Of a DNA stretch of 64,000 nucleotides, positions 38,215 to 50,843 are shown piece after piece (position 1 is the stretch's first letter; the number at the start of each line of letters is the position of its first letter). The position numbers were made by a program, and so were the translations under genes. The notes below the pieces were generated by a model. It was not told the origin of the DNA. It worked only from the letters and a program-made list of their open reading frames with translations, and ran no database searches. The DNA comes from Chiloscyllium plagiosum. Lineage: Eukaryota. The stretch lies in the NCBI RefSeq assembly GCF_004010195.1, contig NC_057757.1, forward strand, positions 3,620,811 through 3,684,810, written 5' to 3'.

Positions 38215-40281
38215 CATTGTCCATCAGATACATCACTGACCTCCCCTTTACTGTCACTGTCCATCAGATCCACCACTGACCTCCCTCCTACTGTCACTGT
38301 CCATTAGATACCATCACTGACCTCCCCCTTACTGTCACTGTCCATCAGATCCATCACTGACCTCCCTCCTACTGTCACTGTCCATTAGATACCATCACTG
38401 ACCTCCCCCTTACTGTCACTGTCCATCCAGATGCATCATTGGCCTCCCCCTTACTATCACTGTCCATCAGATACATCACTGACCTCCCCCTTACTGTCAC
38501 TGTCCATCCAGATACATCACGACCTCCCTCCTACTGTCACTGTCCATTAGATACCATCACTGACCTCCCCCTTACTGTCACTGTCCATCAGATCCACCAC
38601 TGACCTCCCTCCTACTGTCACTGTCCATTAGATACCATCACTGACCTCCCCCTTACTGTCACTGTCCATCAGATCCACCACTGACCTCCCTCCTACTGTC
38701 ACTGTCCATTAGATACCATCACTGACCTCCCCCTTACTGTCACTGTCCATCAGATCCACCACTGACCTCCCTCCTACTGTCACTGTCCATTAGATACCAT
38801 CACTGACCTCCCCCTTACTGTCACTGTCCATCAGATCCACCACTGACCTCCCTCCTACTGTCACTGTCCATTAGATACCATCACTGACCTCCCCCTTACT
38901 GTCACTGTCCATCAGATCCACCACTGACCTCCCTCCTACTGTCACTGTCCATTAGATACCATCACTGACCTCCCCCTTACTGTCACTGTCCATCAGATCC
39001 ACCACTGACCTCCCTCCTACTGTCACTGTCCATTAGATACCATCACTGACCTCCCCCTTACTGTCACTGTCCATCAGATCCATCACTGACCTCCCTCCTA
39101 CTGTCACTGTCCATTAGATACCATCACTGACCTCCCCCTTACTGTCACTGTCCATCAGATCCATCACTGACCTCCCTCCTACTGTCACTGTCCATTAGAT
39201 ACCATCACTGACCTCCCCCTTACTGTCACTGTCCATCAGATCCATCACTGACCTCCCTCCTACTGTCACTGTCCATTAGATACCATCACTGACCTCCCCC
39301 TTACTGTCACTGTCCATCAGATCCATCACTGACCTCCCTCCTACTGTCACTGTCCATTAGATACCATCACTGACCTCCCCCTTACTGTCACTGTCCATCA
39401 GATCCATCACTGACCTCCCTCCTACTGTCACTGTCCATTAGATACCATCACTGACCTCCCCCTTACTGTCACTGTCCATCAGATCCATCACTGACCTCCC
39501 TCCTACTGTCACTGTCCATTAGATACCATCACTGACCTCCCCCTTACTGTCACTGTCCATCAGATCCATCACTGACCTCCCTCCTACTGTCACTGTCCAT
39601 TAGATACCATCACTGACCTCCCCCTTACTGTCACTGTCCATCAGATCCATCACTGACCTCCCTCCTACTGTCACTGTCCATTAGATACCATCACTGACCT
39701 CCCCCTTACTGTCACTGTCCATCAGATCCATCACTGACCTCCCTCCTACTGTCACTGTCCATTAGATACCATCACTGACCTCCCCCTTACTGTCACTGTC
39801 CATCAGATCCATCACTGACCTCCCTCCTACTGTCACTGTCCATTAGATACCATCACTGACCTCCCCCTTACTGTCACTGTCCATCAGATCCATCACTGAC
39901 CTCCCTCCTACTGTCACTGTCCATTAGATACCATCACTGACCTCCCCCTTACTGTCACTGTCCATCAGATCCATCACTGACCTCCCTCCTACTGTCACTG
40001 TCCATTAGCCTCCCCCTTACTGTCACCGTCCATCAGATACATCACTATCCTCCCCCTTACTGTCACTGTCCATCAGATACATCACTGTCCTCCCCCTTAC
40101 TGTCACCGTCCATCCGATACATCACTGACCTCCCTCTGACTGTCACCGTCCATTAGATACATCACTGACCTTCCTCTTACTGTCACTGTCCATCAGATAC
40201 ATCACTGACCTCCCTCTGACTGTCACGGTCCATCAGATACATCACTGACCTCCCTCTGACTGTCACGGTCCATCAGATACA
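38215..40281 (+). repeat. Minisatellite of 40/41-bp monomers forming an 81-bp dimer, about 51 monomers
   Basis: actgtcactgtccatcagatccatcactgacctccctcct alternates with actgtcactgtccattagataccatcactgacctccccctt; the edges are diverged. Confidence 0.97.
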
Positions 40282-40461
40282 GTAGAAAGGTGGTGCTTGT
40301 AAGGGTTGTGCCTTTAAATTCAGACCACAGAGTGAGATTGTGTTCTTAAGTATGAGCCTTCTTAAGTCAGACATGTGTAAATCAGGACCCCTTGTACAAC
40401 ACAGTCTCTTGATAGCACCAGCTTGAAGGATGAAGTTTATTCATGAAATATTTATTATATG

Positions 40462-41369
40462 TCAAAATTTTAAAATCTTCATGAAGAAATTGATGGAAAC
40501 TTTATTGCCACTCTTTAACTCATTTCTGAACTTATTCTGGGTCCCTGCATAAATTAGTGCGTTCATACAGGAACTCAACGTTTGGAGCATAAACCCACTT
40601 CCAGGTTGAAATTGAACTCACTGTAATTGGAACCTGAGAAATAACTCCAGTTCACACTTTGAATGTAGAGAAACATTAACACACTCGGGAGCCAAACCAG
40701 GAGGAAACTGTCCGAAATACAGAAGAGCAGAATGATGGACTTTCTCGGGTTCCTCACCTCTCTGTCATTCTGATTTTCTGCCTGTTTGCTGGCACAGAGT
40801 CTTTTGCGAGTTCGAATGGCCCTTAGAATTTGTCTGACAGTCACAGCATTGGGCAGTAAGATCAAAAGGACTGGGAGACAAGGGGTTGAAATGAAATTAA
40901 TCCAGTGATATGCAGCCCATGCAGTTAAGGTATAAAATATAGACTTAAGTTTGCAATACCATGGTGTATTACCAATTGTATATAATGGTTCATATATAAA
41001 ATGCCAGAATGTATTTTTGATACAGGTGATGGAACAAACTGCCCCTATAATCACAGTTGCTAATTTCTCTGTGCAATATCTTGTCTTCAATTTCGGGCAA
41101 GAAATGGCTACAAACTGATCAATAGTGAATATGATAGTTGCCCAGACAGAAAAATCTCTGCTTGCAGACATTGATGCATAACTGACAATACAGACTGGGG
41201 TGACTAAACAGGACACTGAGTGAGAAATAAATTCCAACAACATGTTTCAATATTACAGCAGTAATAATGACCAGCAGGTCTGTCACCACCATGGATATGA
41301 GGTTGTAAGTGATGCATCTGGAGAGACCGCACCTTCCTCTGGATAGGATCAATATCATTGCCAAGTTAG
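40462..41369 (-). pseudogene. GPCR A3 exon 2, frameshifted
   Basis: Acceptor attacag|ctaacttgg; colinear with A2; +1 frameshift near 41208, DRF>DQF at 41115-41117, second frameshift near 40598; homologous TGA at 40462-40464. Confidence 0.88.
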
Positions 41370-41619
41370 CTGTAATATGAAAAAGAGACTCAATCCAGAG
41401 GATAATGGAAATGAAATAGTGGAAGAGACAGAGTGAGCAGAACCATGGACATGACTCCTCAAATAAAGCTTTATTTTCAGAATTTTGGGTGAAACTTTCA
41501 GATCTGATACATGATACTGAAACAAATTCTCTCTTCCATCAACATGAATTTGAAACTAAAATGTAGTAACCATCATTTAAAATTGATTGCATCACATTCA
41601 CGTATTAATTGATGATATC

Positions 41620-41920
41620 ATTAGATTAGATTACTAACGGTGTGGAAACAAGCCCTTTGGCCCAACAAGTCCACACTGAGCCCCCGAAGCACAACCCACC
41701 CTGACCCATTCCCCTACACCTAACACTGCAGGCAATTTAGCATGGCCAATTCACCTAACCTGCACATTTTTGGACTGTGGGAGGAAACCGGAGCAAACCC
41801 ACACAGACTCGGGGAGAATGTGCAAACTCCACACAGACAGTCGCCTGAGGCAGAGAATTGAACCCAGGTCTCTGGTGCTATGAGGCAGCAGTGCTAACCA
41901 CTGTGCCACCGTGCCGCCCA
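41620..41920 (-). mobile_element. HE1-like tRNA SINE in the A3 intron
   Basis: Reverse of gggcggcacggtggcacagtggttagc...; (taatc)n tail; absent from the A2 intron. Confidence 0.88.
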
Positions 41921-43357
41921 CTATCCATATTAGTCTGTTGAATGAAAGGTTATAACATAATATGTGTATGATTATGGTTTTCTGGATTTCCATTAGCAAT
42001 GTTGGGGAAAACTCAGGATCAATTTTCAGCAGTTCTTCTGATTCCCAGCTGTAAGGTTCAGTTATATACACGATCAAACAGATTATGAGGTTTTGTTCAG
42101 ATAGGGTTTGGTTAGCTCAGTCGTTTGGGTGATTGTGTTATAATGCTGTTTAATGGTATCAGTGTGGGTTCAATTGCTGCACTGGCTGAGGTTACCATGA
42201 AGGTCTCTCCTTATCAACCTTTCCGCTTGCCTGAAGCATTGTAACCCCAGTTTAAACCTCCACCAATCAATTCTCTCTAATGAGGGAGCAGCCTCATGGT
42301 CTAGTCAGACAATGGCAACTTTAGCTTTACCTGATTCAGATAAAGACATACCATTGAAGCAGCACTCCCACTGGAGCTCTACAGGAGAATCGGGATAAGA
42401 TATTTCCTTCATCAATTATGCAAATTGAACTACAACCTTTAAATACGTAGAGGAAAGATGCCACTTAAGTATAGCTCCTTAAGAAAAGAATGAGAGCAGG
42501 AACAATTCAGAGTATTGCCTCAGTATGACCTCAGCATGCTCACTGAGCAACCATCTGTCACAGGTCATTTTGAAGGTCAACCCGACACTGAACCATGAAT
42601 GGAGTTAGAGATTGAGAATGGGAACCCAGCATTTTGTGAAGATTTAAAAAAAAAACACTTATGAAGGAAGTGACCAGACACATTACATTTTCACCACAAG
42701 CATGCACAAACTTGTTTTAACAATTTGTCACAAGATACTAACATATCGCTGTACAGGCAGGTTGAGCAACTCTTGAGAAATAAGAGTTAACATCTTAGGT
42801 CCAGTGACTTTTCCTCAGAACTTCTGAGGAAGGGTCACTAGACCTGAAATGTTACCTTTCATGTCTCTCACAGATGCTGCCAGACCTGTGGAGCTTTTCC
42901 AGCAATTTCGGTTTGTTTCCGATTTTCAGCATCTGCATTTCTTTTGGATTTTCTCATTTCTCTGTCATCAGGTGTTACCTTCAGCTGAGAAATTTTAATC
43001 CCCTGAATATTGTGACTTCACATGAGGTATTTAATATCACACACAGTGAGAAATAGTGATCATAACATCAAGACACAACCTCTTGGTTGTAGTGAATCAA
43101 TAATCAATCCAATCGTTAAATTCAATACGTTTCCAATCTAATCCAGCATGTAAACCTGTCCCAAAAGGCAGGAGAGGTTCTGGGGACAATTCTCTTTCAC
43201 CCAGAGGGCAGTGAGGTCTGGAATGTTTGGCCTGGGAGTGTAGTCGAGATGGGAAACCTCACACCTTTCAAACAGAGGATGTGGATGAACACTTGAGATG
43301 TCATAACATTCAAGGCTATGGGTTTGAAAGTGAGACTTGTGTAGATTTAGAGTAAGA

Positions 43358-43815
43358 GTCATAGAGTCATAGAGATGTACAGCATGGAAACAGGCCCTTC
43401 AGTCCAACATGTCCATGCTGACCAGATATCCAAACCCAATCTAGACCCACCTGCCAGCACCCAGCCTACATCCCTCCAAACCCTTCCTATTCATATACCC
43501 ATCCAAATGCCTCTTAAATGTTGCAATTGTACCAGCCTCCACCACTTCCTCCCCTCAGCCTCCGACCCTCCAGGGAAAACAGCCCCAGCCTGTTCAGCCT
43601 CTCCCTATAGCTCAATTCCTCCAACCGTGGCGACATCTTTGTAAATCTTTTCTGAACCCTTTCAAGTTTCACTACATTTTTCCAATAGGAAGGAGACCAG
43701 AATTGCACACAATATTCCAACAGTGCCCTAACCAATGTCCTGCACAGCCGCAACATGACCTCCCAACTCCTGTACTCAATACTCTGACCAATAAAGGAAA
43801 GCATACCAAACGCCT
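43358..43815 (-). mobile_element. CR1 LINE 3' fragment
   Basis: LLEYCVQFWSPSY..VVKLERVQKRFT; gagtcatagagtcatagag tail. Confidence 0.85.
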
Positions 43816-43870
43816 TGAGAGTGTATTGCTGAAAAAGCACAACAGGTCAGGCAGCACCCGAGGAGCAGGA

Positions 43871-43909
43871 GAATCGACGTTTCGGGCCAGAGCCCATCAT
43901 CAGGAATTC
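43871..43909 (-). ncRNA. Minimal hammerhead ribozyme motif in a Penelope-derived tail
   Basis: Minus strand gaattc-CTGATGA-t-gggc-tctg-gccc-GAAAC-GTC-gattc. Confidence 0.65.
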
Positions 43910-44872
43910 ATAAGGGGATTTAGAGTAACTTTTGTTGGTGTTGAGTTGATGGGCGTCTTCAACACTATATGGTTCTATGTTTCTATGGTTACACTCCTCC
44001 AATCCGGATAATGAAGTTGGACACCAGACATAAATATTCGCTGCATTTTTGCTTAAATTTTGGATTGAAACATTGCATGGGGATACATCCTAACTCCACT
44101 CCATGATGGCTTTCCTTCATAGTTATTTCAAATCACCAATTGGGATAGGTTATTAGATACCTACAGGGTAGCTTAGGGTTGAACATCTGACCCAGAGGCT
44201 GGGACACTGTATAGCACGATCCTTTGCGATAATGATGAGGGTGACAGACCAACCCACATTCATAGGGCACAATTCACAATGTCCTTCACTGCCCAACAGG
44301 TACAGAATGTGCAATTATTTTTGTACCATCAGTTCATGCAAGTTACGACACACCTGAGGCACGGGAGGGACTTGAACCCAAACTTCATGTCACGGTGATG
44401 GAGACCCAACAATGTTGTCACAAGGCCCTTTCTGGGTTAGATTTCTGGATATTACGCACTTCAGAGATGACCCACTCACAAAGCTCTCTGCAGGTACACA
44501 ATTAACATTATTTTATGAAACCAACTCATGTGTTTGAGAAATCGATATGTTACCATTCATATTCTATTCCTTCATGGAATGCAGCCAACTTTACTGGCTG
44601 GGCCAACATTTACTGCCTATCCTTGTTGCCCTAAGAGTTGTCTTTGACTGTTTCCCTTGTGCATCTCTGACATGCCTTCCCCCTCACTGCTGGTCAGGAT
44701 GTTTTCAGCTGACTGGATGCTGATTGTTGGGAGCTGCATCAGATCAGCTCTTTTCCCCCCTAGTCTCCCGACCTTTAAGGCACTTTTTAAAAATGCAATG
44801 ACTCGTTGACCACATTTTATATCCCCGCCACGGTGGTCAGCACTGCTCTGGAAAACTTGTCGGGCTCACTCC

Positions 44873-45510
44873 TGTTATGGACAAGACCTGACCCCACCTT
44901 CATATCGTTTAAGAATGTCGCCTAAGCCCTAACATTTCCTTCTTTTAAAGGTAGATGTGAAGGGTCATGTTCCAGATGCAATGTAGCTGATCAAACTATT
45001 CAACAAAAAGCCAAACAATTTATCTGAACACTGTAGTTAAAATACAAACAAAAGAAAGAGGAATTTGGAATATATACTATTGGAAAACTTAACTGAATAA
45101 CAGATGCAGTACCTATTACTAATTAACTGTTCCAATATAGTGACACCCCATATGGACAACCCTTGGCAAAAAGGCTATTGCTGACACAGACTCTGACATG
45201 CAGTTCTCCAATCCAGGAGGAAAGAAACATCAAGAGATGGTTCAGACGGAATAGCAGCGAGGAGACATTCCCTGAAGCTACAAACTCTTTTCAGAGCTCC
45301 AATAGCTTCTGCTGCTGAAAGCTGAGAAAAACTAGAAAACCTGGCCATTCAGAGCCAGCCACGCTCATTTCGGCTGTTTCCAAGACTTCACAAGTTGTTT
45401 ACTTAGACCATCTTCAATGCGCAGGTCTGCACATTTGCCTTAAGACTACTTTTGAAAAACAAAGAGGCCAAAATAATCTCTTAAAGTGACAGCTTCGTCT
45501 CACTACATTA
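44873..45510 (-). mobile_element. Solo LTR in the A3 intron
   Basis: Begins tgttatggac (compare tgttacagac at 23668) and ends ...cactacattaca; paralogous to 15180-15740. Confidence 0.6.
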
Positions 45511-46012
45511 CAGGTGAGGCAAATGCATGACGTTCTCTTGTAGCTGCTGGCTATCATTCACTCAAATTAGTGGCTCAAACCTTGGAATAGCATCTGCAGT
45601 CAGACTATCAGAAATGATAAAGGAAACACTTGAAGGGAAGGAATGACACATTACAACAAAAATTTGCAAACTTGTATAGCAGCCATGTGACTCACTGAAA
45701 GGAATCCTACATTAGATAATATTTTAAAGAAATGCTGTAAAAGGGGGCAAATTATTCTGCACGAGTCAATAAAATATCCAGTTATAAGAGAGGAATGATA
45801 ATATACAGCCAAAGCAATGACATGGTCGGAAGACAGTATTGTAGCTAAAGAGCTACATGAATACATTTAAAGGAAATATCTTTCCAGAAAAGACATCAGT
45901 ACACCGAAAGGGAAGAAATTACGCAAAACTTTCCAGTGATCATTACGTTTTGGGTTGAAGCAGCTAAAATTAAAATGACTTTCAAACTGTGTGACAAATT
46001 CCAGACCAATAC

Positions 46013-46082
46013 CTGGCACCCCGATAGCAGCAAGGATGGGATAATAAATGGCAAAGAGCAGGCCTTCTGGTACACCATGCAT
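46013..46082 (-). pseudogene. GPCR A3 exon 1 (MHGVPEGLLFAIYYPILAAIGVP), itself intact
   Basis: ATG at 46082, donor cag|gtattg, 70 nt, upstream TATAAA. Confidence 0.85.
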
Positions 46083-46752
46083 TTCGGTAAGATGAAGTGG
46101 GTGAGACATTTATAACTGACATGAGGCTCCCATGAGCGATGAGATGTTTTGAGTGTGAAAATTAATTGTGAAAGTGCAACAACAAAAGAGATGTTTTGAG
46201 ATGTCTTTGATTTGACGCATATATACCGAAGGTGAAATGGGAAAGACCCCAGTCTGATCCCAATCACACAACTTCAGAAAAAGAATTTAGGAACAAAGGA
46301 ATAGAATCATTACTTACAGCAAACACAGGGACTGCTGGAGAAACTCAGCAGGTCTGGAAGCATCTGGAGTGAGAGTTAGTGTTTCGAGTCTAGTATAACT
46401 CATTTTCAGAACTCAGTTCTGTGCAAAAACAGATTCAATGAATTACTGCAATTGGATAGTGCACATATGACTCTGCATGGAGGTCCATTTAGACACAGGA
46501 GAGACAGACAGCATTTAGTTCAAAAGTAAATTATGATGTAGGAAAGACTGAAAGACTGTGATATCAAGATTATTGTCTTAGAATCCCTAAATATCAGAAT
46601 CCTGACGGTGTTAGAAAAAGGCACTTTAGCCCAACAACTGCACACCGACCCTCTGCAGAGTATCCCACCCAAACCCATTCCCCATTACGCTAAATTTACC
46701 CCTGACTAATGCACCCAAATACATATCCCTGAACACTACAGGCAATTTAGCA

Positions 46753-47186
46753 TGGACAGTGATGTATCTGGTTGGACAGTGACAGTACTAGGGAGGTCAG
46801 TGATGTATCTGATGGACAGTGACAGTAAGGGGGAGGTCAGTGATGTATCTGATGGACAGTGACAGTAAGGGGCAGGTCAGTGATGTATCTGAATGGACGG
46901 TGACAGAAAGGGGGAGGTCAGTGATGTATCTGATGGACAGTGGCAGTAAGAGGGAGGTCAGTGATGTATCAGATGGACAGTGACAGTAAGTGGGAGGTCA
47001 GTGATGTATCTGATGGACAGTGACAGTAAGGGGCAGGTCAGTGATGTATCTGATGGACAGTGACAGTAAGAGGGAGGTCAGTGATGTATCTGATGGACAG
47101 TGACAGTAAGGGGCAGGTTAGTGATGTATCTGATGGACAGTGACAGTAAGGGGGAGGACAGTGATGTATCTGATGGACCGTGACAG
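46753..47186 (-). repeat. Inverted copy of the 40-bp minisatellite, about 11 monomers
   Basis: gatgtatctgatggacagtgacagtaagggggaggtcagt repeats, the reverse complement of the 38215 array. Confidence 0.95.
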
Positions 47187-48831
47187 TTTGGTGTGGGAAT
47201 TTCCATCATGCCATGTATTTTATATTAGTTTAAATGTTTACCTGAATTTTACTTCCAATGAATACTGAAAGTGAATCTGTTTATGATGTTGAAGTAGTGT
47301 GAGGCTCTGAATTGGGTTTATGTTACAACCTACAATTCCAATTTCAAGCTGTGCAGACCCTGGCACGGTGATATTAGCATTCGGATCCTCGTGTGAGCTG
47401 GAGCTGCATGTTCTGTGGGTGTGGTTTCGACACCCACAGAACATGACAGTCACTGAAGATCAAAATCCATTCCAATTTGGAATTCAAATGCTCATCCGTA
47501 TCTCCATCATTCCAAGCCCATCCTGTTCACTGAGTCCCCTCCCTCCGGAAAGGCAGTATGTTCCCCTCACTTAGTTCTTCATGTCATGGAGTTATCAAGT
47601 CATACGGATGTACAGCATGGATTCTGGATTAGTGGTGCTGGAATAGCACAGCAGCTCAGGCAGCATCCGAGGAGCAGTAAAATTGACGTTTCGGGCAAAA
47701 GCCATTCATCAGGAAATGTACCCTTCTGTCCAAGCATCCATGCCGACCAGATAACCCAACTCAATCTAATTCCACCTGCCAGCACCCGTTTCATATCTTT
47801 CTAAACCCTTCCTATTCATGTACCCATCCAGATGCCTTTTAAATGCTGTAATTGTACCAGCCTCCACCACTTCCTCTGGCGGTGACTGGAATAGAGTGGT
47901 GCTGGAAAAGTACAGCAGGTCAGGCAGCATCCGAGGTGCAGGAAAATCAACGTTTCAGGCTCAGCCCTTAATCAGGAATGAAGGCACGGAGCCTCCGGGA
48001 TGGAGAGGTAAATGGGAGGGAGTTGGGGCGAGGGAGAAGATAGCATAGAGTACAGTAGTTGAATGTCAGTGGGGATGAAGGTGATAGGTCAGAGAGGAGG
48101 GTGGAGCGAATAGAGATTGGCAGGTAGGACAGGTCACGAGGACAGCGCTGAGCTATAAGTTTGGAACTGGGGTGAGGTGGGGGGAGGGGAAATGAGGAAA
48201 CTGGTGAAGTCCACATTGATGCCCTGGGGTTGAAGTGTTCCGAGGCAGAAGATGAGACGTTCTTCCTCCTGACGTCGGGTGGTGAGGGAGCGGTGGTGGA
48301 GGAGGCCCAGGACCTCCATGTCCTTGGCAGAGTGGGAGGGGGAGTTGAAATGTTGGGCCACAGGGCAGTGTGGTTGATTGGTGCGGGTGTCCCGGAGATG
48401 TTCCCTCAAGCGCTCTGCTATGAGGTGTCCAGTCTCCCCATTGTAGAGGAGACCGCAGCAGGAGCAACGGACACAATAAATGACATTGGTGGATGTGCAG
48501 GTGAAACTTTGATGGATATGGAAGGATCCTTTAGGGCCTTGGATGGAGGTGAGGGAGGAGGTGTGGGCGCAGGTTTTGCAATTCCTGCGGTGGCAGGGGA
48601 AGGATGGGAGGGTGGGTTGTAGGGGGCGCGTGGACCTGACCAGGTAGTCACGGAGGGAATGGTCTTTGCGGAAGGCAGAAAGGGGTGGGGAGGGAAATAT
48701 ATCGCTGGTGGTGGGGTCCGTTTGGAGGTGGCGGAAATGTCATTGGCTGATTTGGTTAATGCAAAGGTTGGTAGAGTGGAAGGTGAGCAGCGTTGGGGGG
48801 TTCTGTCCTTGTTACGGTTGGAGGGGTGGGG

Positions 48832-49343
48832 NNNNNNNNNNNNNNNNNNNNNNNNNNNNNNNNNNNNNNNNNNNNNNNNNNNNNNNNNNNNNNNNNNNNN
48901 NNNNNNNNNNNNNNNNNNNNNNNNNNNNNNNNNNNNNNNNNNNNNNNNNNNNNNNNNNNNNNNNNNNNNNNNNNNNNNNNNNNNNNNNNNNNNNNNNNNN
49001 NNNNNNNNNNNNNNNNNNNNNNNNNNNNNNNNNNNNNNNNNNNNNNNNNNNNNNNNNNNNNNNNNNNNNNNNNNNNNNNNNNNNNNNNNNNNNNNNNNNN
49101 NNNNNNNNNNNNNNNNNNNNNNNNNNNNNNNNNNNNNNNNNNNNNNNNNNNNNNNNNNNNNNNNNNNNNNNNNNNNNNNNNNNNNNNNNNNNNNNNNNNN
49201 NNNNNNNNNNNNNNNNNNNNNNNNNNNNNNNNNNNNNNNNNNNNNNNNNNNNNNNNNNNNNNNNNNNNNNNNNNNNNNNNNNNNNNNNNNNNNNNNNNNN
49301 NNNNNNNNNNNNNNNNNNNNNNNNNNNNNNNNNNNNNNNNNNN
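48832..49343. other. Assembly gap within the Penelope RT
   Basis: Run of N. Confidence 1.
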
Positions 49344-50117
49344 CGGGGAAATGGAAGTCTTGGAGGAGGTGGAGGGCGTGGGTGGTGTCTCGAATGTATG
49401 TGGGGAGTTCCTGGACTAGGTGGGATAGGACAGTGTCGAGGTAGGTAGAAATGAGTTCAGTTGGGCAGGAGCATGCTGAGACAATGGGTCGGCCAGGGTG
49501 GTCAGGCTTGTGGATCTTGGGAAGGAGGTAGAACCGGGCAGTGCGGGGTTCCCGGACTATGAGGTTGGAAGCTGTGGGTGGGAGATCTCCTGAGGTGATG
49601 AGGTTCTGTATGGTCTGGGAGATGATGATTTGGTGATGGGGGGTGGGGTCATGGTCGAGGGGGCAGCAGGAGGAGGTGTCTCCGAGTTGGCGTCTGGCTT
49701 TAGAGGTGTAGAGGGCAGTGCGCCAAACTACCACTGCACCCCCGTTATCCGCTGACTTGATGGTGAGGTCGGGATTGGTGCACAGGGAGTGGAGGGCTGC
49801 GCGTTGTGAGGGTGAGAGGTTGGAGTGAGGGAGGGGTGTAGACAGTTTGAGGCGGTTAATGTCTCGGCGGCAGCTGGAAATGAAGAGATCAAGAGTGGGT
49901 AATAGGCCAGCTCGGGGTGTCCAGGTGGATGGAGTGTGTTGGAGGTGGGTGAAGTGGTCCTCGGAAGGTGGGTGGGAGTCAGGCCAATCTTCCTTCCCAC
50001 CTATCCACTCCTCTCTGACCTAGCACCTTCATCCCCACCCCCATCCACCTATTGTACTCGTTGCTACCTTCTTCCCAGCCCCAACCCTCCTCCCATTTAT
50101 CTCTTCACCCCGGAGGC

Positions 50118-50151
50118 TCCTGATGAAGGGCTTTTGCCCGAAACGTTGATT
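50118..50151 (+). ncRNA. Minimal hammerhead ribozyme motif in the Penelope inverted tail
   Basis: tc-CTGATGA-a-gggc-tttt-gccc-GAAAC-GTT-gatt. Confidence 0.6.
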
Positions 50152-50843
50152 TTCCTGCTCCTTGGATGCTGCCTGACCTGCTATATTTTTCCAGCACCAT
50201 TCTAATCTAGACTCTGATCTCCAGCATCTGCAGACCTCACTTTTGGCCACTTCCTCTGGCAGCTCATTCCATACATGCACCACCCTCTGCATGAAAAAAG
50301 TGACCCTTCGGTCTCTTTTATATCTTTCCCCTCTCACCCTAAACCTATGCCCTCTAGTTCTGGGTTCCCTGACCCCAGGGAAGCGAGCTTGTCTCTTTAT
50401 CCTATCCATGCCCCTCATGATTTTGTAAACCTTTAAAAGGTCACCCCTCAGCCTCCGACATTCCAGAGAAAACAGCCCCAGTCTGTTCAACCTTTCCCTA
50501 TAGCTCAAATTCTCCAACATTGGCAACATCCTTGTAAATCTGTTCCGGATCCTGGGAAATTGCAGATACGGAATAACTGCTGACCTCACAGTAATGTACA
50601 CATTCAGTGTGTGAGAAAAATCACATTTCAATCAGTGAGTGAAATGTTCTTGTTTAAAGAGGGCAGCTCCCACCCTCGAGTACTGAAGGACAGCTCTGAG
50701 ACCTAGTTTCACACTTGGAATAAACTGTCTCGATACAGCATCAGTTGAAACAATTTGTGATCTTGGGATGGAGCTCATGGTGTGTGAGTGGACAACGTTA
50801 TTGCTGGCAGATTCCAGTTTCTGTTTTTGTTACTTCATCCTGA

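Larger units (their letters stand above)
47881..50246 (-). mobile_element. Penelope-like element (RT plus GIY-YIG) with an inverted tail copy and a 14-bp target-site duplication
   Basis: PRTARFYLLPKIHKPDHPGRPIVSACSCPTELISTYLD (PLE RT); EHLRDTRTNQPH..VAQHFN (GIY-YIG end); TSD ccacttcctctggc at 47867-47880 and 50247-50260. Confidence 0.88.

Noticed and set aside
37815..38215. ORFs conserved between 37823-38159 and 47238-47574
   Set aside because: Overlapping short ORFs on both strands are explained by the duplication; no recognisable protein.
38215..40281. CRISPR-like array
   Set aside because: There are no unique spacers and no cas genes, and the context is eukaryotic; it is a head-to-tail minisatellite.
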